The position numbers and the translations under genes are program-made. Of a stretch of DNA of 46,384 bases, positions 18,445-27,671 are shown piece after piece. Numbering within the stretch: position 1 is the first letter of the stretch; every line of letters begins with the position of its first letter. The notes beneath the pieces were generated by a model. That model was not told where the DNA came from and did not search any database. It was given only the letters and a program-made list of their open reading frames with translations. This DNA is from Bdellovibrionota bacterium (GTDB lineage Bacteria > Bdellovibrionota_C > UBA2361): assembly GCA_041739515.1 (NCBI GenBank), contig JBGSNS010000013.1:1-46384 (forward strand), in the 5' to 3' direction.

Positions 18445-19458
18445 TTAATTCGCCTGAAGCAACACCGATCCCCAGCTCAAACCAGCGCCGACAACGGCGA
18501 TAGCGATTCGTTGGTCCGGTTTAATCTCATGCCATCGCTGCGCAAGCACGATAGGAGCGCCAGCGCCCGCTTGGTTACCGACCTCTGCTACATTATACCA
18601 GTGGTTTGACTCCGGAATCTCGCGGTTCCCAGTAATCTGCTGGAGCATCGTCAAATTTGCTTGATGGCCTATGAATATATCTCTGCTCCAATCAAGTTTA
18701 AACTCCTCCTCCATTCGTTTTACGAGTCGGACGGTTTGACGCACGGAGAAATCCCTAACCGCTCTTCCGTCCTGTTTAAAATGTCCCCAAGTATCGACAA
18801 CTACGGCTTGGGAACGCGAGGGATCGGAATGATAAGTAGAATCTAGTACTTTAAGCTTACCAGGCTTGCGTGGCGAGATTACCCAAGCTCCGGCACCATC
18901 GCCCCAAATAGCCCCATCGGAACGATCGTTATAGTTTACGTGCTGCGTTAACGTGGCAGTAGAGATGCAAAGAACGTAATCCGGCAAGGCCTCACTTTCA
19001 AAATTAGCAAGATAATCGATATGTAGAGCGAACACCGGACATGCCGTAAAGAGATCGTGTGCGGGGGCTTCGATGCCAAGAGCTTCAGCTAGTCGGTGAG
19101 ATTCAGTAGGTGAAGTTGCGCATGGGGTACATGCGTTTACTAACAATAATCCGACCTCTCCTGCTTTAATACCAGCTCGTTCGAGTGCCATCTCAGCAGC
19201 ACGCAGCCCAAGTGTCATCGAGGTGTCGGTAGCCACGCTGATCGCGTCGTGCGGCCTTTGATTGCGCGTTTTTGAGATATACTCGATCGGAAGTGATGTT
19301 TTCCTAGTTCGGATACCGATTTTTTCAGTTATCCACTCCGCAGTGGTCCCAACCTCAAGCTTCTCAAGAAACTCGTTGGTTATTTCACCCACTGGATGCG
19401 CAAATCCCATTCCGAGGATCGATAATTCCGGGGCACGGCGGTTAGCTGTTTGAGTCAT
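18445..19458 (-). CDS. Ketoacyl-ACP synthase III (FabH-like), catalytic triad intact
   Basis: EWITEKIGIRTR, FTACPVF (Cys), WGDGAGA, IGHQAN (His), VGNQAGA (Asn), GAGLSWG. Confidence 0.92.
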   Translation of the reverse strand: MTQTANRRAPELSILGMGFAHPVGEITNEFLEKLEVGTTAEWITEKIGIRTRKTSLPIEYISKTRNQRPHDAISVATDTSMTLGLRAAEMALERAGIKAGEVGLLLVNACTPCATSPTESHRLAEALGIEAPAHDLFTACPVFALHIDYLANFESEALPDYVLCISTATLTQHVNYNDRSDGAIWGDGAGAWVISPRKPGKLKVLDSTYHSDPSRSQAVVVDTWGHFKQDGRAVRDFSVRQTVRLVKRMEEEFKLDWSRDIFIGHQANLTMLQQITGNREIPESNHWYNVAEVGNQAGAGAPIVLAQRWHEIKPDQRIAIAVVGAGLSWGSVLLQAN

Positions 19459-19460
19459 TA

Positions 19461-20477
19461 TTAGTTGACCTCACATAATGCATATCCACTGACAAATCCC
19501 GGTAGCGCTTGGACCAAAATGACTCGATCTCCGACTTTTAACGTGTGGGCGATTCGCTCATACGCGAAGAAGCACCCGGCCGAGATCATATGCCCGTTAT
19601 CATCGAATGAGCTACCGAAGCGGGAGATTGATTGACCCTGTGCTACTCGTGCGGCCATTCCAGAACTCGCCTCGCCGCAAGCCAGCACAACATGCGCACC
19701 GTGTAGCTTGTGTTTGAAGACTGCTTTCGCACACATATCGGCGGTTAGCAGTTCGAGTTGTTGAGGAAAATTATCCAATTTGGCGATCAGGGGTAAAAAT
19801 TGATCGACTACGAACGAACCTTCCGCTTTTCCGTGAAAAGCGCTTTCGGCATCTAATACAGTTAGTTTTCCACGATGTTTACTTGAGACCACACAAGCCG
19901 CTGCAGCGTCGCAAAAATGCCAGCGCTCATCTCCGCCTTTTTCAAAATTAATTCTCGATGTCGGTGTTGAGCCTGAAACCAGCAATATGTACTCCGGAGT
20001 CCGGTCAATTCTCCAGCGCGACAACGACGCAAGGTGCTGTGGGACCAATCCACCACCACCGATATCGTAAGAGGGCACCTTAAGCCCTAATCGATCCGCT
20101 ACCCGCTGCCCCTCCGACGGAGTAGTTTGCCAAGGGGTCGAGCAATCTCCGATCACCAACCCAAGCTGATCTGCGCTGATACCCGCCTGGGCGATCGCAA
20201 TTTTTGCAGCAGCGAGACAGATATCCGTCGGGCTCTGATTAGTTCCTTGAATTACTCCGTCGATATCCGCGTTTTTCGTTAAGAAAAGATAATCCCTATG
20301 TAACGCCGATCTACGGATGCTTCCAACCGCTAACGAACAGTTCGGTATCCCCAACCGTTCAAAATCTGATTTCTCTAATGCGGTCTGCCCGAAGGCGGTA
20401 CCGATGCCTAAAATGTTCAACACAAGGGTCACCAATCTATAGATATTCATCGATACTGGCAATTTTCGGGTTTTCAA
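19461..20477 (-). CDS. KAS-III-fold protein lacking catalytic residues (pseudoenzyme / PqsB-like partner)
   Basis: Aligns with its neighbour (ILGIG, AGISADQLGLVI, TPSEGQRVADRLG, FCDAAAA, GKLTVLD, GDRVIL). Cys, His and Asn positions read GGGG, VLACGE and NGHMIS. True start is probably between 20420 and 20450. Confidence 0.8.
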   Translation of the reverse strand: MKTRKLPVSMNIYRLVTLVLNILGIGTAFGQTALEKSDFERLGIPNCSLAVGSIRRSALHRDYLFLTKNADIDGVIQGTNQSPTDICLAAAKIAIAQAGISADQLGLVIGDCSTPWQTTPSEGQRVADRLGLKVPSYDIGGGGLVPQHLASLSRWRIDRTPEYILLVSGSTPTSRINFEKGGDERWHFCDAAAACVVSSKHRGKLTVLDAESAFHGKAEGSFVVDQFLPLIAKLDNFPQQLELLTADMCAKAVFKHKLHGAHVVLACGEASSGMAARVAQGQSISRFGSSFDDNGHMISAGCFFAYERIAHTLKVGDRVILVQALPGFVSGYALCEVN

Positions 20478-20482
20478 CCCAG

Positions 20483-20647
20483 ATAGAGCAGTAGAAACGT
20501 AGAGGGGAGGTAAAAGTGGTTGATAATCTTGCAGTTCTTCGACGAAATTGGCCCGCGGGCTTAAGCCCGCTAGGGTGAGGACCGATTTCTAGAAAACTTT
20601 AAGAGAATCGGCTAGTTTGGACTCCGCAGTAGTTTCTACTGCCCTAT
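20483..20647. mobile_element. Candidate MITE-like or structured element (16-bp terminal inverted repeats, central palindrome)
   Basis: ATAGAGCAGTAGAAAC (20483-20498) and GTTTCTACTGCCCTAT (20632-20647) are 15/16 complementary. Perfect palindrome GCGGGCTTAAGCCCGC at 20555-20570. Confidence 0.45.
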
Positions 20648-20681
20648 ATAGGTTCAAACGATATGGTTCTTTAGACACCAA

Positions 20682-21536
20682 ATGCGAATCTACTGGCGCC
20701 CAAAACCTACCATTATTTGCCTAGTTCTTGCGGCCGGTATGCTGCGACTTGGATGGTGGCAGTGGGAGCGACATAATGAAAAGCAGGCGCTAATTGGGGT
20801 GATGGAACAACGGCTCGAAACTGAGCCGGTACCCCTTGAAGAGCTCCTCGCATTGAATTCAGCGACGAATTCGAACTGGGAGGATCTAGACTATCGGCGA
20901 GTCGAGGTAAAAGGCACGTATGATTTCCAACACGAGGTGGTGCTCCGCAATCGAAGACTAGATGGGGCGCCGGGAGTTTACGTTCTAACACCGCTAAGAA
21001 TTTCTGGTCGTCCAGAGGCACTCCTCGTTACTCGCGGATTCGTTCCGCTATCGGTGTCAACTCCGGATAAGCGTATAGAATTTCAGCGGTCACAAGACGC
21101 CGAGTTCTTGGGTCTACTAAAATTACCATCTACGAGAAAAATGTTTGCCCCGCAGGACCCACCAACTGGACCGGGACTTCCCAAAGTTGACCAGTGGTTG
21201 CGGGTAGACCTCGAAGCGCTTCAGAAGCAGCTTCCTTATCCACTTCTACCGGTATTTGCCGAGATCATGTCGCTGGGAAGCACGAAGGAAACATCGAATA
21301 AGATCGTCCGAACGGAACACGGACGGGAAGAACTTTTATTTATGGGATTTAAGGAACAAAACGTAGGACTTCCTGATGTGCGTCCAGATTTAGAATATCC
21401 GGTTCCGGTGTACGACGCCGTCATTCCGCCCGGTCGTCACCTAGGATACGTCTACGAGTGGTCGTTTATGGCGATCGCAACGATCCTGATAGGGCTTGTG
21501 ATTCAACTAAAACCAGCCAGACGCTGGAAAAATTGA
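20682..21536 (+). CDS. SURF1-family cytochrome c oxidase assembly protein
   Basis: LGWWQWER, YRRVEVKGTY, GVYVLTPL, LLVTRGFV, C-terminal HLGYVYEWSF followed by a TM. Confidence 0.92.
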   Translation: MRIYWRPKPTIICLVLAAGMLRLGWWQWERHNEKQALIGVMEQRLETEPVPLEELLALNSATNSNWEDLDYRRVEVKGTYDFQHEVVLRNRRLDGAPGVYVLTPLRISGRPEALLVTRGFVPLSVSTPDKRIEFQRSQDAEFLGLLKLPSTRKMFAPQDPPTGPGLPKVDQWLRVDLEALQKQLPYPLLPVFAEIMSLGSTKETSNKIVRTEHGREELLFMGFKEQNVGLPDVRPDLEYPVPVYDAVIPPGRHLGYVYEWSFMAIATILIGLVIQLKPARRWKN

Positions 21537-21564
21537 ATGAGAAATTGATTGTAAAAAAAGTTCT

Positions 21565-23106
21565 TTATTCCGAATCGTTCTCCCAACCCTCGCTCAAGCC
21601 TCTGTCATCATTTCCATATCCATCGTCACATTCGTTGTCCGCCATTTGATCCATATCAGCATCTGGATTTGATGGGGAACGGAGCACTTGAGAATGAAGC
21701 TCGAGCGGACTCCCCGCTTCCTGAATCAACGTCCTTCGGACCTCTGAAAATTCCTCCCAATCACCTTTTGCATCCTCAAAAAATTCCCAGGGTCCATCCA
21801 CAGATGACAATTTCGAGAAGTACGATGCCGATTCTAAAAATTTTAAGATTCGATCCAACTCCGATAAATTCGGCTTATCAGCAGCTGAAATCAGCAATTG
21901 AGCTCGCATATATAGGGCATCAGCGCACATCCGATTTATATCGATTCCAAGTATCCCCGCAGCATTGACTCCGTTCCCCTCAGACGCCTCAGATAAAATG
22001 GAACATTCGAGAAAACTAAGTCCGTCCATTAAATGCTCGTCGGCATGAGCGGAAAGAGGTCTCCCATCGTAAACGATAGATGATGAACGCGACCAAACAT
22101 AGAAATTAATCCCCTGAGCAATCAGTACCGCAGCAAAGAGGGTGCTTCTAAGATTCAAGGAGTCATCGGGCATACAATCTAATCCGCGACGTAAGATCAT
22201 TAGCATCCCTGCTGCTCGCGAATTCATCTGTTCCTCGCGAGCCAGCGAAACTAACTTCAATGTTGATGTAACTATAGCTAGCGGAGAATCATACGCATGA
22301 AGCTTATGCAGGATTGAACGCCCTCTCGCGCTTGCCTCCAAATCCTCCAAATTATTGTCGGAAAGATTCTCGAATAAGTTACTGATTAAGGCATCAAATT
22401 CCGGACGATTCTGTGAGTAAAGTATGATGAATTCACGACAAAGCTTATCCGTTTCGACTTTCCGAACGTTTGTATCGGCAAGCTCCATATCCACATCATC
22501 ACTACCTCCGGCGCTATGATCGTAGCGTTGGTGGCTGCGCGGCAGAGATTCGATGGCTGGCACTTTACTCGCAAATAGCCTGCATTTTGCGGGAATAATT
22601 CCCATTCGCTCAGATTCTCTTATCCTCCAACTAAGAACCTCTGCAAACATTGAATCGATGAGATCTGACTGCGGCTCGCATTCACAAATAGCAGCCAAGG
22701 CGTGCGCTGCAGAAACGTTGTCGTCGTGCTTACGTGAGAGAGAATACGCTGACAGCAATAATTCTGAGCTAGCTTTCGGAGCGACGTCTCGAATCCGCCA
22801 TCCCAATTCGAGAATCACGTTAGGGGCGAATCGTAGCGCGTTACGCTCAAAATCTGCCGTAATAAGTGGAGCAGAGCGAACAAAATTTTTAACGAACTCG
22901 GAAAGATGTCCAAGTGCGAAAACCATTCCATCATCGCTATTTCGAAGTAAATTTAGATGTTCATGCAAAAAACGCAGATCAGCCCTACCCCATCGCAACG
23001 CATCGCTGAGATGAGATCGAGCAACATCCAGAATTGGAGTCCATGCGATATTACCGGCGCTAGGAGAACTTTGATTTCGACTCGGATCCAACGTCATGGC
23101 CAACAA
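21565..23106 (-). CDS. Hypothetical protein (513 aa, helical, acidic tail)
   Basis: Long ORF with no recognised motif; Leu/Ala/Ser-rich helical composition. Confidence 0.65.
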   Translation of the reverse strand: MLAMTLDPSRNQSSPSAGNIAWTPILDVARSHLSDALRWGRADLRFLHEHLNLLRNSDDGMVFALGHLSEFVKNFVRSAPLITADFERNALRFAPNVILELGWRIRDVAPKASSELLLSAYSLSRKHDDNVSAAHALAAICECEPQSDLIDSMFAEVLSWRIRESERMGIIPAKCRLFASKVPAIESLPRSHQRYDHSAGGSDDVDMELADTNVRKVETDKLCREFIILYSQNRPEFDALISNLFENLSDNNLEDLEASARGRSILHKLHAYDSPLAIVTSTLKLVSLAREEQMNSRAAGMLMILRRGLDCMPDDSLNLRSTLFAAVLIAQGINFYVWSRSSSIVYDGRPLSAHADEHLMDGLSFLECSILSEASEGNGVNAAGILGIDINRMCADALYMRAQLLISAADKPNLSELDRILKFLESASYFSKLSSVDGPWEFFEDAKGDWEEFSEVRRTLIQEAGSPLELHSQVLRSPSNPDADMDQMADNECDDGYGNDDRGLSEGWENDSE

Positions 23107-23417
23107 CTAATTACGACTTCTCTGCGCTTTAGCCTTCATTGTCTGAAAACCAAATCGACCCAAACCAATCACTTAAGTTCGTGACTATGCGTGTGGCTGG
23201 GTCGAGGACGATAATCCAAGGTCCTACCCTTAAGCAAAGAGTTTTTGAAATTATCGTCGGCGTTGTACTAGGCCTATTTATGGACTACGAAGGTGGGATA
23301 GTGAGTTGGGGGCGGTTTATTGGGAGAAAACCCTGGAACGCACCGGATGCCCCGGTATGCAACGATGAAGTACCGATAGCTACACACAAGAACACCTCAC
23401 AGCTTTGGATACGGTAA

Positions 23418-23515
23418 TTTACACAGGAACTCGCGGAGAATACGGTTAATGACCCGGAAGATTATCCGCCGGTCTTCTCCGTGTTCTCCGTGAGCTCCGT
23501 GAGCTCCTGTGTAAA
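23418..23515. repeat. Palindromic element built from 9-mer units (CACGGAGnn / CTCCGTGnn)
   Basis: Left arm TTTACACAGGAACTCGCGGAGAATACGG. Right arm CTCCGTGTTCTCCGTGAGCTCCGTGAGCTCCTGTGTAAA. Confidence 0.8.
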
Positions 23516-23567
23516 AATACCCCCTGCGTTGCAATGATGGCTCGCCTCACTCAGGGGTACGGTGCTA

Positions 23568-24125
23568 CTACTTCTTGTCCAACACCTTATTCCACTCTGC
23601 GATTCGGTTCTTCTCTTTTTCAAACAAAGAGGTTGGATCGCCTTCAAGCTTTGCGCTGACTAGCTTGTCGCCTTGCTTAATTTTAGTCACGACGTCCATC
23701 CCAGCGGTGACCTTCCCGAAAACGGAATGACGTCCGTCTAAGTGTGGCTGCGCGGCAAAAGTAATGAAAAACTGACTGCCGTTAGTACCAGGACCAGCGT
23801 TCGCCATAGAGAGAATACCGGGGCCTGTGTGCTTTAACGAATCATCGAATTCATCCTGAAATTGATATCCTGGTCCACCTCGCCCAGTGCCTGTCGGATC
23901 GCCGCCCTGCATCATAAAGCCGTCGATCACTCGGTGAAATACCTGTCCATCGTAATAACCGCGCTTAACTAAGTTTGCGAAGTTAGCAGATGTCACCGGT
24001 GTTTTGTCGGCTTCAAGTTGGATAGTAATTGAGCCTTTCGAAGTTTCAAACACCACAGAGAGCGGTGCCGCGCCAGCAGCGGCTGCAAACAATGTCGATG
24101 AAGCGAATAATAGAAAGTTTTTCAT
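23568..24125 (-). CDS. Cyclophilin-type peptidyl-prolyl cis-trans isomerase (exported)
   Basis: Signal peptide, [52 protein letters not shown]. Confidence 0.97.
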   Translation of the reverse strand: MKNFLLFASSTLFAAAAGAAPLSVVFETSKGSITIQLEADKTPVTSANFANLVKRGYYDGQVFHRVIDGFMMQGGDPTGTGRGGPGYQFQDEFDDSLKHTGPGILSMANAGPGTNGSQFFITFAAQPHLDGRHSVFGKVTAGMDVVTKIKQGDKLVSAKLEGDPTSLFEKEKNRIAEWNKVLDKK

Positions 24126-24253
24126 AAATAAAATCTCCTTGCGAGAGTAAGTCCACCACAGACTGAGGTGAACTGGAATAGGTAACGAAAAATCAGCCTC
24201 GATTTGGCATTTCTAGGGTAATTCCTCAAGTTTAAGAATATACCATCTGAATT

Positions 24254-25366
24254 TTAATGGGACGGACTAACCCTGAAAATTGGCTGAATACTACCTTCAG
24301 GCTTGGGATTTGAGACTTTTACCAGTAATGGTTCAGCCAAACTGACCAATTGCTGCAAACAGCGAAGCGCTCTTCTCAGCGAATCCTTCTGTAAGGAGAT
24401 CTCGGATTGAATGCTGGGACCAAACAACGAAACGATTGCTCGCTGCGCCATACCTGCGATCAGCGAGTCGGAGGAACCAGATCTTAACAGAGAGACAATC
24501 GAAGCGCAGTCCACCGATACGCGATGTAACGATCCGGGACTCACACAAGAGGGGGGTGGTATCGTTGCGATTCCTAGCTGAATATCGATTAAATGCGCGA
24601 TCAGTGAACGTTCGAAATGTCGATAGGATGAGTTTATCTTCTCACTCTTTAGGGGCTTTATGAATCTCCGGAGAGACTCGATCTTAGAGATTAGCGGAAT
24701 AACAGCTCCTGCATTATAATCTCTGCAGAGTTCTTCGACTAACACTACCCAACCTCCACGCTTCTCTTCGCCGAATAATTCCTTAACCGACAGCAACACG
24801 ATCCCATGTTCATTTATGTCAAACGTAGGTGCCTTTCTCACCTCGTAATTAACTCTGTCGATCGCCAAATCACACGCATCGGCGAAGACCTGAGAAATAG
24901 CCTCCATTTCTTCGTTTTTTTCCCTAGGAATATTATTAAGTCCGGCTATCGCTGATATCGCATCGTCATTTCGGGAGAATACAATCCTCTGCGCTTGATG
25001 TGGTTTGACAGGCTGCTTCGATTTTTTTGCTGAATCAGAACTCTTAGCTGAGTTAGAAGAGTTGCTAGTGCGCCGCGCGTGCTCGACTGCTTCAATTATG
25101 ACATCGGCCAGCTCCGATATCGAGTCGACGGGTCGCCGGGCAACCGCTCGCTCCAAATAGTCAATCGCTTGGCACGAGGTCAGCTGTCGCTGAGGATCGC
25201 GCACTGAAGACGCGTTTGTCCTTAAGCATCCACACAACTCTGAAAACTCAACAGCCGTAACTGCTGCGCCTTTACAACTTAAGACTAAGTACGCAGATAA
25301 CCCATCGAATCCGTCGTCGATTACTGCGGGATTATGGCTAGCGACTGAGTCGCGCTCGACACCCAT
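24254..25366 (-). CDS. Hypothetical protein (370 aa), divergent from the helicase-RecJ pair
   Basis: Long ORF, central Ser/Lys linker, no recognised motif. Confidence 0.6.
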   Translation of the reverse strand: MGVERDSVASHNPAVIDDGFDGLSAYLVLSCKGAAVTAVEFSELCGCLRTNASSVRDPQRQLTSCQAIDYLERAVARRPVDSISELADVIIEAVEHARRTSNSSNSAKSSDSAKKSKQPVKPHQAQRIVFSRNDDAISAIAGLNNIPREKNEEMEAISQVFADACDLAIDRVNYEVRKAPTFDINEHGIVLLSVKELFGEEKRGGWVVLVEELCRDYNAGAVIPLISKIESLRRFIKPLKSEKINSSYRHFERSLIAHLIDIQLGIATIPPPSCVSPGSLHRVSVDCASIVSLLRSGSSDSLIAGMAQRAIVSLFGPSIQSEISLQKDSLRRALRCLQQLVSLAEPLLVKVSNPKPEGSIQPIFRVSPSH

Positions 25367-25488
25367 GGGGAGCGCTCAAATACTTCCGCATAGATATCTA
25401 GTCAACTTTCCTTCGATAAAACCGCTAATTTCTGTCCAATTTGGCTACATTTCTTGATTACCGGCGCTAGCTCACTCAAGCTCATCCA

Positions 25489-27669
25489 GTGACCGATATT
25501 GCGCTACCCTCACCATCCAGCTTGATCAAGGCTTACGACCCGTGGCGCGAACGCGAAGTATTGGTCTCACCCGACGATCCGCGTCTAGTAGGAGCACAAG
25601 AGCAAAACCTTGTTGACTTATCACTTCGTGCGCAGCTCGGCCTTTCAACGATTCATCCCGCACTCGGTAAACTTGACGACGAACAGTTGGCTGCATTTAG
25701 ACTTGAGATAAACTCTATCGGTTCCGCCGCTCTTCAGGCGCCCACTGGAGCCGGTAAAACCTTAATATCACTTTGCTTAGCAGCGTATTTCTTAAAACTT
25801 CATCCGGATAAGCACGTATTGATCAGTTGCCCCACGAATTTGATTATCGATCAGTTTGGACGAGCCGCGTGTGGCGACGAGAAACAGAACTCAGTTTTTA
25901 ATGATCCGTCTCAATTCGTCACGATCTTTTCCCAAAGAGCTGCGGCGGTACGATCTGCTACGTATCAATCCCCAGCCGGTCGAATAATTATTGGATCAGC
26001 TAGCTCACTCTCCAGAGATGCGCTTTCCAACACGATCGACCCTGAACGTGTGTCGCTTGTAATTATTGATGAAGCGCATCTTGCCCGAAAACAGGAAGCA
26101 GCAGCTGTACTTAGAGAGTGGTGTAACAATTTTGGTGTACGCACCTTGCAGTGCTCGGCGACCTTGACCCGGACTCAAAAGCCAACCTTAAAACATATCG
26201 AAGCTTTTATTGAGCACGCAGAGGTTTCTCGATTCACGCAGCTATCGAATCGCTACATCGAAGGGTTTACGGTTTCGCGAGAGCCGTTGCCAGCCGATCC
26301 CACTAAACCTTCTTGGAAACCAGATTTCAAAACTCAGATTCAGTCGCTAAAGGGAATTGCATTGGATGCGATCGTATATCCGAAGAACGGAAATCCAAAC
26401 GCTCATTTGCTGCGCGGTTCAAAGTTTAAAGTTCACGATCCAGAGTTTTTGAATCTTCCACAAAGTGTAGCAGAAGCAGCTCTTCTTATAGCCCGTGATC
26501 TGGCGGAGCTGTTAGACTCAACTTCGAGAGATCTGCAAAACGATGAAAGTGAGGCGGCTAACGATCTCTACAAGCAATGCAGACGGCTTCGAAAAGCGAT
26601 TAGGCTTGATGATGAAAAACTCGTGCCCTCAGCGCAGTCGTTTCAAATGTTCGCAGAGGCCTTGAAAGCGTATGCAGAGTGTGATGGCTCATCTCAAGGG
26701 GAGGGTGCCGTCTATTTGGATCGTGTTCGAAATGCCTACACAGCGGTGACCTTGAGTCATTTACATCAGCTACTTACGACTCAGCCACGAATTGGATTTT
26801 TAGAATTCGCCGGAAATCTACTATTTGAAGAGCGAATTGGTATTTCTAAGGCTCATCATCGAGCGCTTTTTCCACCGGGACGAGCTCCGAAATGGTGGAT
26901 GGACATGTCTCGTAACACTCCATTCGATGCTTTAAATCAGCTAATCCCTGCGGATTCCACCGCATTTACTTTGAAATCCTGGTTAGCAAACAACGGCGTT
27001 CAGGTAGAGAGTGCGGAGACGGCTCGGGAAGCGTTTTTCTCATCGCGCCGAAAAGGTCTAGGTGTTGCTGCGAAACAACTTATTAAATGTAGCGATTTCG
27101 ATGAACATCCGAAGATTGGCTGGATACTAGCCAATATCAAAGGGTCAATCGTAGCAAAAAACCCTGGACAGATGTTAGTTTACTGCGCTGAAATTATCCC
27201 AACGCTTTATTACACAGAAAAAATTGCACGCGAAGCAAGGACACTGGTCGTACCGTTGATTGGCAACAGCGGACTCACAGCTAGCGAGCGCAGAGCAAAC
27301 GCAGAATTGGCACGTAGCGGCCAGGCCTCAGTTGTATGTTCCACATCGATCGGCGGAATCGGAGTAGATCTCCAAAATCTACGATACTTATTTATTACGG
27401 AACCTACCGCAAACCTTCGTGAGGTCGAGCAACTCTGGGGCAGAGTTGGACGGATGCTAGGCGAAACGGGGATGATCTATATCACCGGCACGCATGGATA
27501 CCGTGATTGGGTGCGTGATTATGCAAGGCGATCGCAGCAAATTAGTCTGGACGTTCTCCCCCCCGGCCAGCATGAGAGCTACCAGCGCAAAATTTCCGAT
27601 CCTAACTATAAGCCGAAACGACGAAGCGCATGTCGTCGCGAGGTAGTTGAGCAGCGAGGATTATTCTGA
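25489..27669 (+). CDS. SF2 DEAH helicase, Hef/Mph1/FANCM (RIG-I-like) type, without ERCC4 nuclease domain
   Basis: Motifs I APTGAGKT, Ia CPTNLIIDQ, II VSLVIIDEAH, III SAT. Long helical insertion ending EHPKI. Motifs V STSIGGIGVDL, VI QLWGRVGR. C-terminus QRGLF. Confidence 0.8.
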   Translation: MTDIALPSPSSLIKAYDPWREREVLVSPDDPRLVGAQEQNLVDLSLRAQLGLSTIHPALGKLDDEQLAAFRLEINSIGSAALQAPTGAGKTLISLCLAAYFLKLHPDKHVLISCPTNLIIDQFGRAACGDEKQNSVFNDPSQFVTIFSQRAAAVRSATYQSPAGRIIIGSASSLSRDALSNTIDPERVSLVIIDEAHLARKQEAAAVLREWCNNFGVRTLQCSATLTRTQKPTLKHIEAFIEHAEVSRFTQLSNRYIEGFTVSREPLPADPTKPSWKPDFKTQIQSLKGIALDAIVYPKNGNPNAHLLRGSKFKVHDPEFLNLPQSVAEAALLIARDLAELLDSTSRDLQNDESEAANDLYKQCRRLRKAIRLDDEKLVPSAQSFQMFAEALKAYAECDGSSQGEGAVYLDRVRNAYTAVTLSHLHQLLTTQPRIGFLEFAGNLLFEERIGISKAHHRALFPPGRAPKWWMDMSRNTPFDALNQLIPADSTAFTLKSWLANNGVQVESAETAREAFFSSRRKGLGVAAKQLIKCSDFDEHPKIGWILANIKGSIVAKNPGQMLVYCAEIIPTLYYTEKIAREARTLVVPLIGNSGLTASERRANAELARSGQASVVCSTSIGGIGVDLQNLRYLFITEPTANLREVEQLWGRVGRMLGETGMIYITGTHGYRDWVRDYARRSQQISLDVLPPGQHESYQRKISDPNYKPKRRSACRREVVEQRGLF

Positions 27670-27671
27670 GC

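Noticed and set aside
18809-18821. TGGGAACGCGAGG match to the family A arm inside the KAS-III gene
   Set aside because: No hairpin or partner arm, and it lies in ordinary coding sequence; probably coincidence.
19461-20477. Calling the catalytically dead KAS-III a pseudogene
   Set aside because: The ORF is full length with no frameshift or internal stop and is tightly coupled to its paralogue; a pseudoenzyme is more likely.
23139-23417. 92-aa ORF (TTG start)
   Set aside because: No RBS or motif and only 32 nt from a divergent start; cannot be supported, though not excluded.
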